Source: an uncultured candidate division Zixibacteria bacterium
Lineage (GTDB): Bacteria; Zixibacteria; MSB-5A5; RBG-16-43-9
Direction: 5' to 3'
Assembly: GCA_963713865.1 (NCBI GenBank)
Contig: OY970208.1
Location: forward strand, 1,408,001-1,472,000
DNA length: 64,000 nt
Below, piece by piece: positions 9,806 through 19,664 of this stretch. The notes under the pieces were generated by a model. It was given only the letters and a program-made list of their open reading frames with translations. It searched no databases and had not been told where the DNA came from. Positions within the stretch are counted from its first letter, which is position 1, and the number at the start of each line of letters is the position of its first letter. Both the position numbers and the translations under genes were made by a program.

Positions 9806-11977
9806 ATGAAAAGAGTATTTAGATATTTTGTGTTTATCATCTCTATTCTAACCCTTTGCTCTTCGGTTTATGCACAAAGGTATATGCAAGCAAGAATACA
9901 CTTTAAAGATAAAGCGGAGATGAAAAAGGTTTTAAGCCTGGATTTAGATAGAGCTTATCTAAAGTATGGTGAGTATTTAGATATAGTTACAGATTCAGCC
10001 GAGGTTGAAGAGCTAAGAGCTTCAGGCTATCAGGTCGAAGTGGTAATTGAAGATCTGGTTCAGTATTATCAAAGGAGGATGAAAAAGGCTTTAGATATGG
10101 GTGGGTTTCATACTTATGATGAGACCGGGTTAGCTCTGGATTCGATTCATAACCTGTATCCGCAGATTACTACCTCTAAAATTACCATTGGCTATTCTTT
10201 AGAGGGAAGGCCAATCTGGGGAATGAAGATCTCTGATAATCCGGATATAAATGAAGATGAGCCGGAGGTGTTCTATAGTGCCCTGATTCACGCACGGGAG
10301 CCTATAACTATTGAAGTATTGCTATACTTTATGCGATATCTGTGCGGGAATTATGGTTCTGATTCTCTGGCTACTTTTCTGGTGAATAACCGGGAGTTAT
10401 GGTTTGTCCCGATTATAAATCCAGATGGTTATGAATTTAATCGTTTGACTGAACCGTATGGTGGAGGGATGTGGAGGAAGAATAGAAGACTTAATTCAGG
10501 CGGTTCTTACGGAGTGGATTTAAACCGGAACTTCGGGTATATGTGGGGATATGATAACATAGGTTCTTCTTCTGTTCAGAGCTCTGAGATCTACAGGGGA
10601 ACAGGACCGTTTTCCGAGCCAGAAACGCAGGCTATCAGAGCATTCGTTGATTCCTCAGAATTTGTCTTAGCCTTGAATTATCATTCTTATGGAAATGATT
10701 TTCTCTATTCATGGTGCTATGATGACCTCTATACGCCAGATCAACAAATTTTCAAAGCTATAGGGGATAGCGTTCAAACTCTGACCGGATTCTGGGCTGG
10801 AACCAGCTGGGAGATATTGTATAATACTAATGGAGATTCGGATGACTGGATGTATGGGGAACAAACTGAGAAGAACAAAATCTTTGCCTTTACTCCGGAA
10901 GTAGGAGATGAGTATGATGGTTTCTGGCCTGACCCTTCGAGGATAATCCCTTTAAGCGAGTTAATGCTCGGAACTAACCTTCTGATAGCTACAATAGCAG
11001 AAAATCCTTATATATTTTTATCTCCCGATCCACCGGTTTTAGCTGAACTGGATAGTGTGGCTACTGATAGCTTTAGTTTAAGCTGGATTCATTCTGATAC
11101 TCTTAATCCAGCAGTAAGCTACACTTTATTGGAACTCAAAGACCTTAACGTTGAAAGCTATGATGGCGAGAGTGGAACTGCTGGCTGGGATTTAAGCGGG
11201 TTTACGCTTTCCACAACCAAAAGTTATTCCCCCACTCACTCTCTTTTCTCAGGCTCCGGTGATGACCTGGATAATTACGTGGTAACATCAGATTTCATCT
11301 CTATTCAGCCGGGTGATACTCTGACCTTCTGGTGTAATTATGAAATAGAGGAGGGATATGACTATCTCTATGTAGAGGTATCATTTGATGGAAAAACATT
11401 TCAGTCCATTCCTGGAAATATCACTACCAATGATAATCCTTATAGTCAGAACCTGGGGAACGGGATAACCGGAAGCTCTGGAGGCTGGATTAAAGGGATT
11501 TTCGATTTAAGCCAGTTTGAAGATAAAGATATCCTTTTACGTTTCCATTATAAGACAGATGTGTGGATAGCTTATTCGGGGTTTTATGTGGATGATATTT
11601 ATCCTGTGGCGAAATTTCAGAGGAGTTCCATCTTAGCAGATACTATATCTCAAAAGAATTATCTGGTTCAGAGGAAATGTTCGGATGTTTACTACTATAA
11701 ATTGAAAGCTAAAGATGCTCAGGGTCAGGAGAGCCTGTGGAGCAAAAGGGAAAGAGTGGCAGTTGGTCTTGATTTCATACGGGGTGATACCAATTCTGAT
11801 GACAAGCTCTCCTTAGGGGATATAGTTTTTCTCATAAATTATCTTTTCAAGTTTGGACCTGCACCTGAACATTCGCAATCCGGTGATGCTAATTACGATG
11901 GTAAAGTCAGCCTTGGGGATATCGTCTATTTGATCAACTATCTATTTAAAAGCGGATCGCCGCCGTGCGTGGATTAA
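9806..11977 (+). CDS. Secreted M14 zinc carboxypeptidase (carboxypeptidase T-like) with jelly-roll domain and dockerin-like tail
   Basis: HARE, NPDG, WRKNR, GVDLNRN, FSEPE, NYHSY, FTPEV motifs; YDYLYVEVS..DD domain; double dockerin-like tail. Confidence 0.92.
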   Translation: MKRVFRYFVFIISILTLCSSVYAQRYMQARIHFKDKAEMKKVLSLDLDRAYLKYGEYLDIVTDSAEVEELRASGYQVEVVIEDLVQYYQRRMKKALDMGGFHTYDETGLALDSIHNLYPQITTSKITIGYSLEGRPIWGMKISDNPDINEDEPEVFYSALIHAREPITIEVLLYFMRYLCGNYGSDSLATFLVNNRELWFVPIINPDGYEFNRLTEPYGGGMWRKNRRLNSGGSYGVDLNRNFGYMWGYDNIGSSSVQSSEIYRGTGPFSEPETQAIRAFVDSSEFVLALNYHSYGNDFLYSWCYDDLYTPDQQIFKAIGDSVQTLTGFWAGTSWEILYNTNGDSDDWMYGEQTEKNKIFAFTPEVGDEYDGFWPDPSRIIPLSELMLGTNLLIATIAENPYIFLSPDPPVLAELDSVATDSFSLSWIHSDTLNPAVSYTLLELKDLNVESYDGESGTAGWDLSGFTLSTTKSYSPTHSLFSGSGDDLDNYVVTSDFISIQPGDTLTFWCNYEIEEGYDYLYVEVSFDGKTFQSIPGNITTNDNPYSQNLGNGITGSSGGWIKGIFDLSQFEDKDILLRFHYKTDVWIAYSGFYVDDIYPVAKFQRSSILADTISQKNYLVQRKCSDVYYYKLKAKDAQGQESLWSKRERVAVGLDFIRGDTNSDDKLSLGDIVFLINYLFKFGPAPEHSQSGDANYDGKVSLGDIVYLINYLFKSGSPPCVD

Positions 11978-12046
11978 ATTGAAATTCACAGGGGCATCCC
12001 GTTAGGTGCTGGACAAATTGAACTTAAAGTTCTGCAGGGATATGAT

Positions 12047-12973
12047 ATGAAATCAAAGTTGATTTATTCTGTGGTTTTGATTTTTCTAATATCAGTTCCA
12101 TTAGCTTTAGCAGATGATGGGTTCTTTGCAGGTGAAGGAGAGACGGTCTGGCCAATTGAAAGTAAAGAGATTGAAATGGTGGCTGAGACGGTTAAAGTTC
12201 AGAGTGGGGAAGTAGGTTGGGAGGCTAAATGTATTTTCATCTTGAGGAATACGGGAGAGGAAATTATGGCTCAAGTTGGATTCCCGGATATGGTCGAAGA
12301 AGGTGATGGTGCAGATACAAGTAAGGGAACAATTGAAAATTTCAGATGTTTTGTAGATGGTGAAGAGATTCAAGTTGAACATAAGATAGCGGTGCAAAAT
12401 CTCTTGAAACCTGAGCTTAATTATCCTTTTGCCTATATCTGGAAAATGTCATTCAAAAAAGGACAGATACGTAAGATAACAAACACTTACAGTTTCAAGG
12501 GAATAGGTATTTCTGATGGTTCAGTTTCGTTAATTTACATACTGAAGACTGGTTCCTTATGGAAAGGTACCATTAAAAGTGCAGTTATTGAGTTTGATTT
12601 GGGTAAATTTGATCCTGAGTTATGTTATTCTATAAAACCTTCAGGATACGAAATTGAAAAGAATAAAATAATCTGGGGTTTTTCAGATTTTGAGCCTGCA
12701 GAGGATATCGATATATATTTTAATGCATTAGTTCAATATTGGTTGATACAAGCAGATGAATGTCTTAAATCAGATTCTATACAAGCATTGAAAAATTTGT
12801 TAGATGAAGGGCTTTTACACTGGAACTTTTATATCTATCCATCACTGAATAAAAAATTCATTCCAACAGCAGAAAAAATAATTAAAAGATTAAAGCCATA
12901 TATGGATGTAAAAGTCTATGAACAATCTCTTGCTGAGAGGGGAAAAGATCTTAAAGATATCGGACATAAATGA
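12047..12973 (+). CDS. Secreted DUF4424-like protein
   Basis: Signal peptide; I.MVAETV, VGFP, F..FVDG, YILKTGSLWKGTI, DFEPAEDI motifs recalled for DUF4424. Confidence 0.65.
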   Translation: MKSKLIYSVVLIFLISVPLALADDGFFAGEGETVWPIESKEIEMVAETVKVQSGEVGWEAKCIFILRNTGEEIMAQVGFPDMVEEGDGADTSKGTIENFRCFVDGEEIQVEHKIAVQNLLKPELNYPFAYIWKMSFKKGQIRKITNTYSFKGIGISDGSVSLIYILKTGSLWKGTIKSAVIEFDLGKFDPELCYSIKPSGYEIEKNKIIWGFSDFEPAEDIDIYFNALVQYWLIQADECLKSDSIQALKNLLDEGLLHWNFYIYPSLNKKFIPTAEKIIKRLKPYMDVKVYEQSLAERGKDLKDIGHK

Positions 12974-13128
12974 GTAAATATTTTGAAGAACTCAATAATA
13001 AGAAATAGTCATCAGAAATATTATTTTCTATAAAAATCAAAAAGCGCCATCTTTCCGCCAGGGGCGGGATAATAAAAATGGCGCTTAAGTTTTTTATAAG
13101 CTAAGATATCTGTCTTGACAAAAAAAGC

Positions 13129-13452
13129 TTATTTCTTCTTAGTTTTCTTGGCCTCATCCACTTTCTTGGTGAGCATTCCCTTGGTCCAATCGTTTGCCAT
13201 CATCTTATCGACCATGGTCGTAACCAGAGTAGTATCGTTCAGGAAGGAATCCATTACCTGGGTCATAATTGCCGGGTCCTGCATCATCTTCTGCATAACC
13301 TCTGCCTTCATCTCCGGATTTTCCATCATCTTGGTCATCATCATGGTGGCTATCTCCTTGTTAGCCATCATCCGTTCTACTGCTTTCTCCTGGCTGCAGC
13401 TTAAAAAGACTAAGAATAATACGGGGATTAGAAGGATTAGAAATTTTTTCAT
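13129..13452 (-). CDS. Small methionine-rich lipoprotein
   Basis: MKK + hydrophobic stretch + FLSC lipobox; strong SD (aggaggtg) upstream; 17 Met in the mature part. Confidence 0.8.
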   Translation of the reverse strand: MKKFLILLIPVLFLVFLSCSQEKAVERMMANKEIATMMMTKMMENPEMKAEVMQKMMQDPAIMTQVMDSFLNDTTLVTTMVDKMMANDWTKGMLTKKVDEAKKTKKK

Positions 13453-13551
13453 TTAGTTCACCTCCTCGGGTTAAAAAGTTTTAGTGAATTTAATCTCCAG
13501 TGAAGTAGTTTGTCAAGTAAAATTAGTAAAATTTGTAAAGAATGGTTAGGG

Positions 13552-13767
13552 GTAAGACGTGAGACGACAGATGTAGGGGCGAGGTAACCTCGCCCAAAAG
13601 TAATCCCACCTTTTAGTTGGTTCGGGAATTCCAATTTCTGCACAAACGAGCATGTGGGTTTAAAATAGGTAAACCCACGTTACCCTCAACGTGGGTTAAA
13701 AAATGTAGAGACGCATTGCATGCGTCTCCATTATCTTTCATCGTCGGGCGTAAAGCCCGACGCTACG
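13552..13767. repeat. Heptamer array followed by GTAG-type REP cluster
   Basis: gtaagacgtgagac; gtaggggcgaggtaacctcgccc; gtagagacgcattgcatgcgtctc; cgtcgggcgtaaagcccgacgctacg. Confidence 0.75.
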
Positions 13768-14508
13768 TTAAGAGGTATTCTCTGCCATTTTCAATACATA
13801 AATAGTCCAGGGAGCAATCCTGGTTTCATTGACCCATTGGTAGGGCTCATTCCCTTTGGCTAAGGGCTTGTGGGTTTTGACTAATTCTAATCCTGCCTGC
13901 TTAAAGGTCTCCCGGTAATACTCATCCGTCCAGATAATATCCTCTACCGGTCTTTTATCCTCCAAATCTGTTACGATTATTTTTACTATGTCTCCGCTTT
14001 TTGCATATTTATTCTCCGGGAAATCCTTAGTAGAAAATGATGCCCATTCATTTGTGTATATTTCAGGTGATGAGACCAGGTTAACTATTCTTCCTTCGCT
14101 TTTCAGCAGACTACGGAGTTCTCTGAATAGTTTGACCTTCTTTTCCATGGTGGGGATATTATCAAATGTAAATGCGGACAGGACAAGATCACAGGTATTA
14201 CATTTCAACTGGCTAAAGCCTTCATCTTGAATAAGACGATAATCTCCATTTGGATCAGTTTCTCTGGCTTTCTTTATCATACTCTCTGATATATCGATTC
14301 CGGTAACATCAAATCCAAGTTTTTGCAGAAATCTGGTAGAGCGTCCGGTGCCGCATCCAAAATCTATGGCTTTTCTTCCTTTTACCTGTTCAAATATGAT
14401 TTCAGGTAAATCCCTGTAGGCTAAATAATAGGTGTTATGAAACTCCAATTTAGCATAGGCTTCCGCATACTTAGCATCTTCATAGGTATTGGAAAAGTCC
14501 ATAATCAT
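13768..14508 (-). CDS. Class I SAM-dependent methyltransferase
   Basis: IDFGCGTG motif I, GIDISESMI. Confidence 0.88.
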   Translation of the reverse strand: MIMDFSNTYEDAKYAEAYAKLEFHNTYYLAYRDLPEIIFEQVKGRKAIDFGCGTGRSTRFLQKLGFDVTGIDISESMIKKARETDPNGDYRLIQDEGFSQLKCNTCDLVLSAFTFDNIPTMEKKVKLFRELRSLLKSEGRIVNLVSSPEIYTNEWASFSTKDFPENKYAKSGDIVKIIVTDLEDKRPVEDIIWTDEYYRETFKQAGLELVKTHKPLAKGNEPYQWVNETRIAPWTIYVLKMAENTS

Positions 14509-14679
14509 CTTTTCAATATTGCGCTAAAAATAATAATAACCGCGTTCCCGTTCTTGAGTCAAGAGATTTTTACACGATAATTAGTAAATCTGTTTGCAAC
14601 TCTGTGATGTACTACCCATACAGAAGAGGAGTCGAGCAATCTTTAACCGCCCAGCCCATGATGACTTAGCACAAAGGAG

Positions 14680-16503
14680 TTATCTATTCTTTAAACTTAT
14701 TTTAGATTTTGTATGGATTTTAGTCCGGTAAGATTTACATTTTTCTTTGATTAAACTCAATTGAATTTCCGAAAGCTGATAGGTACCATTATTCGTTTTT
14801 TTAAATTCAGACATTCCTGTTGTTCTTGCCGCAGCTGTAACCTCACCCCAGTTAATAAAATATTCGTCAAAGTAATTAATAGGGAATTTGCTTAGTTTTA
14901 TGACGTCATCTCTATTCGGTATTCGTCCGAGTTGTTTAGATATATTTTTTACTTCAAGTTGAAGCACCTTTTTACTAACCTGATACTTTTGTTTTTTGAG
15001 TCTTTTGACAGGGCTATTCTTTGCTTTAGGAATATCACCATTCTTTCTAAATGGATCAAGACCAAATTCCAATTCTTTGTGCCTTTTAGATGCAAGCCTG
15101 TAATAATACTCTGAAAATTCAATACCAACATATCGCCTTCGCAATTGTTGCGTGGCCAAAGTTGTAGTTCCCACTCCATTAAATGGATCAAGAACTATCT
15201 CATCTTCATGCGTAAACAAAGCTATCAAGCGATACATAAAGTTCGGTGGAAGTTGGCAAGGATGATCGACTCTACGGCTATTATGTTTCAGACGGTGAAT
15301 ATCCCACCAAAGATTTGAAGTTGTTTCAGCATCCTTGTGTTTCAATAATTTTCTCGTATTCATACAGTTCGGTCTGATACAATAATTTTCCGACAATGTC
15401 TGAATTGCCATCTTCTCAAGGGCAGTTTGATTTTGACGCGTCAATCCTGGTAACGGTCTTGGTTTGCCTTTTGAAAAACAGAGTATTGAATAATGGGCTG
15501 GCATTATCATTCTGACTGGCATACTGAGCCCTTCCCAAACTATCCAGTCTTGGTAATCCATTATGGTTTTTAAATATCTAAAATACCTTATACACCATTG
15601 TGGTATATTTAATACTGCAAGAGTCCTGCCAGGTTTTAATACCCTTGCTAATGAACTTAGCCATTTGTCGCACCAACCAAAATAGGTCTGAATATCAATA
15701 CCATCATTCCAGCTTTCGTATTTTTTGTTTAGGTTGTATGGGGGGTCTGCGAAACAAAAATCTATACTGTTATCCGGAATGCGATCTAATTCTTCTAAAC
15801 AATCTCCCTTTATTAAGGCCGAATGTTTTGGATATTGATTTTCAGTATGAGAATATTTCTTATAATTTAATTTGGCATACAAAATTGGTTTGTAATATTT
15901 TCTTTGATCATATATATTCACCGATTCGTATTCAGCTAAACCGAATAAATCCTGCAATCTTTTTACGACATCCTGAGGATAGGTTTCGAAATCAACCGTT
16001 ATGTCACGCCAAACATCTGACACTAATGTTCCAAATTCGTGATAAAGATGTTTCTTGCCACCATAATCTTTTGTTGTTCTATGGCAGGAGGGACAATACG
16101 TATAGGCAATCCTTGTTTTTGTATGCCGCAAGCTCCCATGGTATCGTGTGAATATCAGCAAGGCAGCATGCCTTTGAACTAGCCCTCCCTCCTTTGAAAA
16201 GGAGTGGTCGAGCTTTACTGCTACCCAAAGCTTTAGATAGGATCGATTTTTATTTGACGCCGAACAAAAGTCTGCCGCAAATATTGGGGAACTCAGAATC
16301 GCTATAGTAGAAGTTGGATTGGCTCTGTTAAAAAAATCATTAAGATCTTTATATAGGGCTTCTTTATTTGGAATTTCCTCGATTGTTTTGAAGTAAGGTA
16401 GAATTATAAATTCTACATTTGCTCTATTAGGCATGCACATAGTGAGATTATCATTTATATTTCTTTCTTTCATAGGACTGGGATTTTCACTTAAATGTGA
16501 CAT
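14680..16503 (-). CDS. N4-C/N6-A DNA methyltransferase (beta order) with degenerate N-terminal MTase-like region and C-terminal HNH-associated-repeat-like domain
   Basis: FADPPYN precedes HPCQ..VLDPFNGVGTT; N-terminal half has DVWRDI; C-terminal LGRIP..YF.NW...AAA. Confidence 0.85.
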   Translation of the reverse strand: MSHLSENPSPMKERNINDNLTMCMPNRANVEFIILPYFKTIEEIPNKEALYKDLNDFFNRANPTSTIAILSSPIFAADFCSASNKNRSYLKLWVAVKLDHSFSKEGGLVQRHAALLIFTRYHGSLRHTKTRIAYTYCPSCHRTTKDYGGKKHLYHEFGTLVSDVWRDITVDFETYPQDVVKRLQDLFGLAEYESVNIYDQRKYYKPILYAKLNYKKYSHTENQYPKHSALIKGDCLEELDRIPDNSIDFCFADPPYNLNKKYESWNDGIDIQTYFGWCDKWLSSLARVLKPGRTLAVLNIPQWCIRYFRYLKTIMDYQDWIVWEGLSMPVRMIMPAHYSILCFSKGKPRPLPGLTRQNQTALEKMAIQTLSENYCIRPNCMNTRKLLKHKDAETTSNLWWDIHRLKHNSRRVDHPCQLPPNFMYRLIALFTHEDEIVLDPFNGVGTTTLATQQLRRRYVGIEFSEYYYRLASKRHKELEFGLDPFRKNGDIPKAKNSPVKRLKKQKYQVSKKVLQLEVKNISKQLGRIPNRDDVIKLSKFPINYFDEYFINWGEVTAAARTTGMSEFKKTNNGTYQLSEIQLSLIKEKCKSYRTKIHTKSKISLKNR

Positions 16504-16510
16504 GCCGCAC

Positions 16511-17524
16511 CTAATTTTTGTCGATATTTTTAAGGAAATCTAAAAGTTTATCAAGCTCGCTATCTTTGAAGGTGACAATACAATCGCTAAACTGGCATAT
16601 ACTCTTCAGCGCCGAGGCTCGTTCAAAATTGCCAGCCCCATCAATGACATAAGCAATTTTGTGGCCATATTTATGAAGAAGTCTTTGTCTTGCTTGAGCC
16701 TGTCCTGCTTTTCTTTCAATGGTGCTATTAGTTGTAACCTGGAAGCTGACTTCGATCGCACAAAACTTGCCTTTAGGGGAAGAAGCAACAATGTCAAACG
16801 ACAGCGAAGTTCGATCATTCTGGCTGATTTTCGGAATCTGTTTTTTTGTCAAATCCCAGGTAGGAAGTTTGCTCTTAAGGTAGTTAACCACGTATTTTTG
16901 AGCTAAATTTCCTAGCGCATTTGCAGTCGCTCCACCGGTTATTCTACTTACCCAAATATAACGTTGTCTGACGAAAGCATCCAATTCCTTTTTCTGCCCG
17001 ATTAACGTTCCAATTAAGCATTTTTCTGTAATAACTGACGGTAACTTTTCCACTGCAGCAGTGCTGCCAAATAGAATCAGACTAATTACATCTTCCATCA
17101 TTGGAGAAAGCCGTTCACTTTGTGCAAGTCCATTGCCATCAACTTTCAAGTGCGGATTACTCCATGTCTTTCGTTTCCGAAGCGTTTGGAACTTATAACT
17201 ATGATTTGAGCCATTCCAGATAAATTCCATTGTTGAGTTTGGGAATATCATCGGCAATTCCTTCTTGAAACGCATGAGTTTTTCGCCACCTATATCGGAG
17301 AGAACAATAAGATGTTTTAAGAATAGATTTGCAGACAACTTCTTTGATGTGGCAAGCACATTCTTCCATGCAGTCGGTGATGAGTCAGCAATATTTAGTA
17401 AACTAATGAATTTATCCTGGGTCTCAAGCAGCATCGGTATTATGCTTGCATCTCGTTCTATCTCGGATAATTGATCAGGCCACCATTTGATTGCATTTCT
17501 TTCCAAATCAATTAAATCCCGCAT
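16511..17524 (-). CDS. Type II restriction endonuclease, BanI-like
   Basis: LERNAIKWWPD, NLFLKHL.VL.D.GGE, VSRITGGA.AN.LG, FD..IEVSFQVTTNSTIERKAGQA, IAY.IDGAGNF match my recollection of R.BanI; adjacent MTase. Confidence 0.8.
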   Translation of the reverse strand: MRDLIDLERNAIKWWPDQLSEIERDASIIPMLLETQDKFISLLNIADSSPTAWKNVLATSKKLSANLFLKHLIVLSDIGGEKLMRFKKELPMIFPNSTMEFIWNGSNHSYKFQTLRKRKTWSNPHLKVDGNGLAQSERLSPMMEDVISLILFGSTAAVEKLPSVITEKCLIGTLIGQKKELDAFVRQRYIWVSRITGGATANALGNLAQKYVVNYLKSKLPTWDLTKKQIPKISQNDRTSLSFDIVASSPKGKFCAIEVSFQVTTNSTIERKAGQAQARQRLLHKYGHKIAYVIDGAGNFERASALKSICQFSDCIVTFKDSELDKLLDFLKNIDKN

Positions 17525-17662
17525 TTATTTACTATCTCCAATTTTGTATTTACTGTTTTGCATCTGTTTTGAATTAGGTCAGAAATTCTAAGTATTTCGC
17601 ATATACCAACTCTGGCTAAGATATATTAATACTGTACTTCAACATTGGAGTCAAGACATTTT

Positions 17663-18724
17663 TTACTGTCCTTCTTCCAGCGCTTTAGCAAATGCAGGCC
17701 AAAAGGGGTCAACTCTCGGATGCTCTAACGGTTTTTCCCTGCCTTTTTCAACTAAGATTATTCTTTTGCTCTCAGGAATAACCTCGCCCACAACTGAAGC
17801 CGGGATTTTCTTCTGAGAGAGTTTCTTTAAAAGTAAATCTACTTTTTTCTCCTTGCAAGTCAGGATTAAAGTCCCTTCGGATATGGAGGAATAAGGGTCC
17901 ATTCCGAATTTAGAGCAGATTTTTTCCACTTCATCTAAGACGATTATTTTTTCTTTTTCAATTCTCATTCCTACTTTTGAGGCTTTAGCGACTTCGTATA
18001 ACCCTCCCCAGATTCCGCATTCGGTCGCATCGTGCATTGCGGTTACCCCTTTTTCTCTGGTGCCAATTGAGGCAGCGATCAGGGCATCCTCAACCACGGA
18101 CATCATATAAAAAATCTTTTCAGCTCTAAGACTGAATTCTTCACCGAAATATTCTGTGATTCTGTCTTTGAATGCCAGGGCAAAAATACCGGAAGCTTCG
18201 ATAGCAGCGCCTTTAGTGATTACTATCAAGTCACCTTTTTTTGCCATCTGTGGGGTAACATATCTGGATTTTTCTCCAACGCTGATCACAGTTGCCCCGC
18301 CTACCATCGGATAATTGCACCCGGTATATCTGGCAGTATGCCCGCAGACAACAGCGACTCCCATTTTCTTGCATTCGTAATCTATCTTTTTCCAGACTAT
18401 CTCTAACTGTTCTTTGGTCATACTCAAAGGCAGGTTCAGGTCTATCGAGAGGTAGGTGGGTTTTAAACCGGAGGTGACTGCATCTGAGCATAGGATATGA
18501 ATGGCAAACCAGGCTGCCCTTTCAAAACCATATTCCGGAACAATAAATACCGGGTCAGTGGTGATTGCCATCACTTTTCCACCACCTATGTCGATTATGC
18601 CGATATCCACTCCATGCTGTGGTCCAACTAAAACTGATTTCGATTTTTTGCCCAGATGAGGATAGATTAACTCATCGAAGATCTCCGGTGAGATTTTACC
18701 GATATCGGGCAATTGATTAGACAT
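17663..18724 (-). CDS. AIR synthase-related protein (PurM/ThiL/HypE superfamily)
   Basis: GP..GVD, TTDP, GHT, AMHDATECG, DPY..ISEGTL. Confidence 0.85.
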   Translation of the reverse strand: MSNQLPDIGKISPEIFDELIYPHLGKKSKSVLVGPQHGVDIGIIDIGGGKVMAITTDPVFIVPEYGFERAAWFAIHILCSDAVTSGLKPTYLSIDLNLPLSMTKEQLEIVWKKIDYECKKMGVAVVCGHTARYTGCNYPMVGGATVISVGEKSRYVTPQMAKKGDLIVITKGAAIEASGIFALAFKDRITEYFGEEFSLRAEKIFYMMSVVEDALIAASIGTREKGVTAMHDATECGIWGGLYEVAKASKVGMRIEKEKIIVLDEVEKICSKFGMDPYSSISEGTLILTCKEKKVDLLLKKLSQKKIPASVVGEVIPESKRIILVEKGREKPLEHPRVDPFWPAFAKALEEGQ

Positions 18725-18763
18725 TTAAACCTCCAGGTTTTAATTTGATTTTCTCAATGAGAC

Positions 18764-18865
18764 TGTCATTCTGACCCCGCCTTTGGCGGGGGAAGAATCT
18801 GTTTGACTAAGCTAAACAGAGATTCTTCGGTCGTCCACCTTTGGCGGGACATCCTCAGAATGACA
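18764..18865. repeat. ~100-bp palindromic element (TGTCATTCTGA...GAAGAATCT / AGATTCTTC...TCAGAATGACA) in the riboswitch leader
   Basis: Matching inverted ends; two nested ccgcc-nnn-ggcgg-type hairpins; partial relatives near 19476-19513 and 38064-38098. Confidence 0.75.
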
Positions 18866-18898
18866 AAAAGATAAACCGTTACCTGATTGGTAACGGTT
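18866..18898 (-). terminator. Intrinsic terminator, probable expression platform of the TPP riboswitch
   Basis: Minus strand aaccgttacc-aatca-ggtaacggtt followed by tatcttttt. Confidence 0.75.
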
Positions 18899-18918
18899 CG
18901 ATTTTCATCTAATTCATT

Positions 18919-19013
18919 TTTTCCCTCCGCTGGCATTACCCAGATCAGGTTCTTAGGGTTTTCTCTCAGCCTGTCCTCGCCCGCCTTTGAGCGGGAAAAC
19001 AAGCACCCCGGTT
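18919..19013 (-). promoter_or_regulatory. TPP (THI-box) riboswitch
   Basis: Minus strand ggggtgc...ggctgagag..aaccctaagaacctgatctgggtaatgccagcggagggaa contains the canonical TPP core motifs. Confidence 0.92.
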
Positions 19014-19101
19014 TTTAGAGAAAATATGAAAATTTATTTAGCTGTCAAGGATTAATTAATAAAAGTTCAGGGATTTAAGAGACAAGGGAAAATTAAAGAA
19101 G

Positions 19102-19368
19102 GAAGACGGAAGATAAGAAAAGTGAGAAGTAAGACGGAAAACGAGAGTAGAGCAAGGTTTTGATCTTGTGAAATAGGTAGGGGTGGGATTACCCCGCCTT
19201 ACAAAATATTTCATAAGTTCTATAAGTGCTGTCAGGAAGAAACTCGTAACACCACTGTAATTTATCAGTTGCAGAGCACATGACCTACGAAACTACGAGG
19301 CTGACACACGAGGTTCGTAGCGCGACCCTTTTAGGGTCGCAATGCGAGGCTGAAAGCCTCGCGCTACG
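19102..19368. repeat. Heptamer array and GTAG REP doublet
   Basis: gaagacggaagataag..gtgagaagtaagacggaaaac; gtaggggtgggattaccccgcc; cgtagcgcgacccttttagggtcgc..gcgaggctgaaagcctcgcgctacg. Confidence 0.7.
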
Positions 19369-19526
19369 ATGAACTTGCAATGGCAGCAAACTTTCATGGT
19401 CGAGCCTTGGGGGAGCAGTTTTACGTTACAGAAATCTGAATCCTCTGCTATGCACTATACGTTTGAGAGAGGAAGGATTGCTTCATCTCGCTTTTGGCGG
19501 ACCCACAATGACAAATGATAGAAAAT

Positions 19527-19643
19527 AAAAGTCGCCAAGGTTAATCTGGGAGCGCTGCTTTACGGATTCAGATGATGATTTCCTCTGGGGGGTGTGATCA
19601 GAGGTCTTGGATCATTCTCTGAATTCCCCCTTGGCGACTTTTT
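19527..19643 (-). ncRNA. Candidate structured RNA or extended terminator at the 3' end of the sigma54 operon
   Basis: Closing stem aaagtcgccaagg/ccttggcgacttt, nested ttcaga/tctgaa and cctctg/cagagg, C-rich apical loop, U-rich tail on the minus strand. Confidence 0.45.
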
Positions 19644-19664
19644 AGTGAAACTATCCTCGGTTAA

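Noticed and set aside
16511-17524. Link between the R-M system and the GGATCC core of the 21-nt element
   Set aside because: BanI-type site is GGYRCC, whereas GGATCC is GGRYCC; nothing in the sequence connects them
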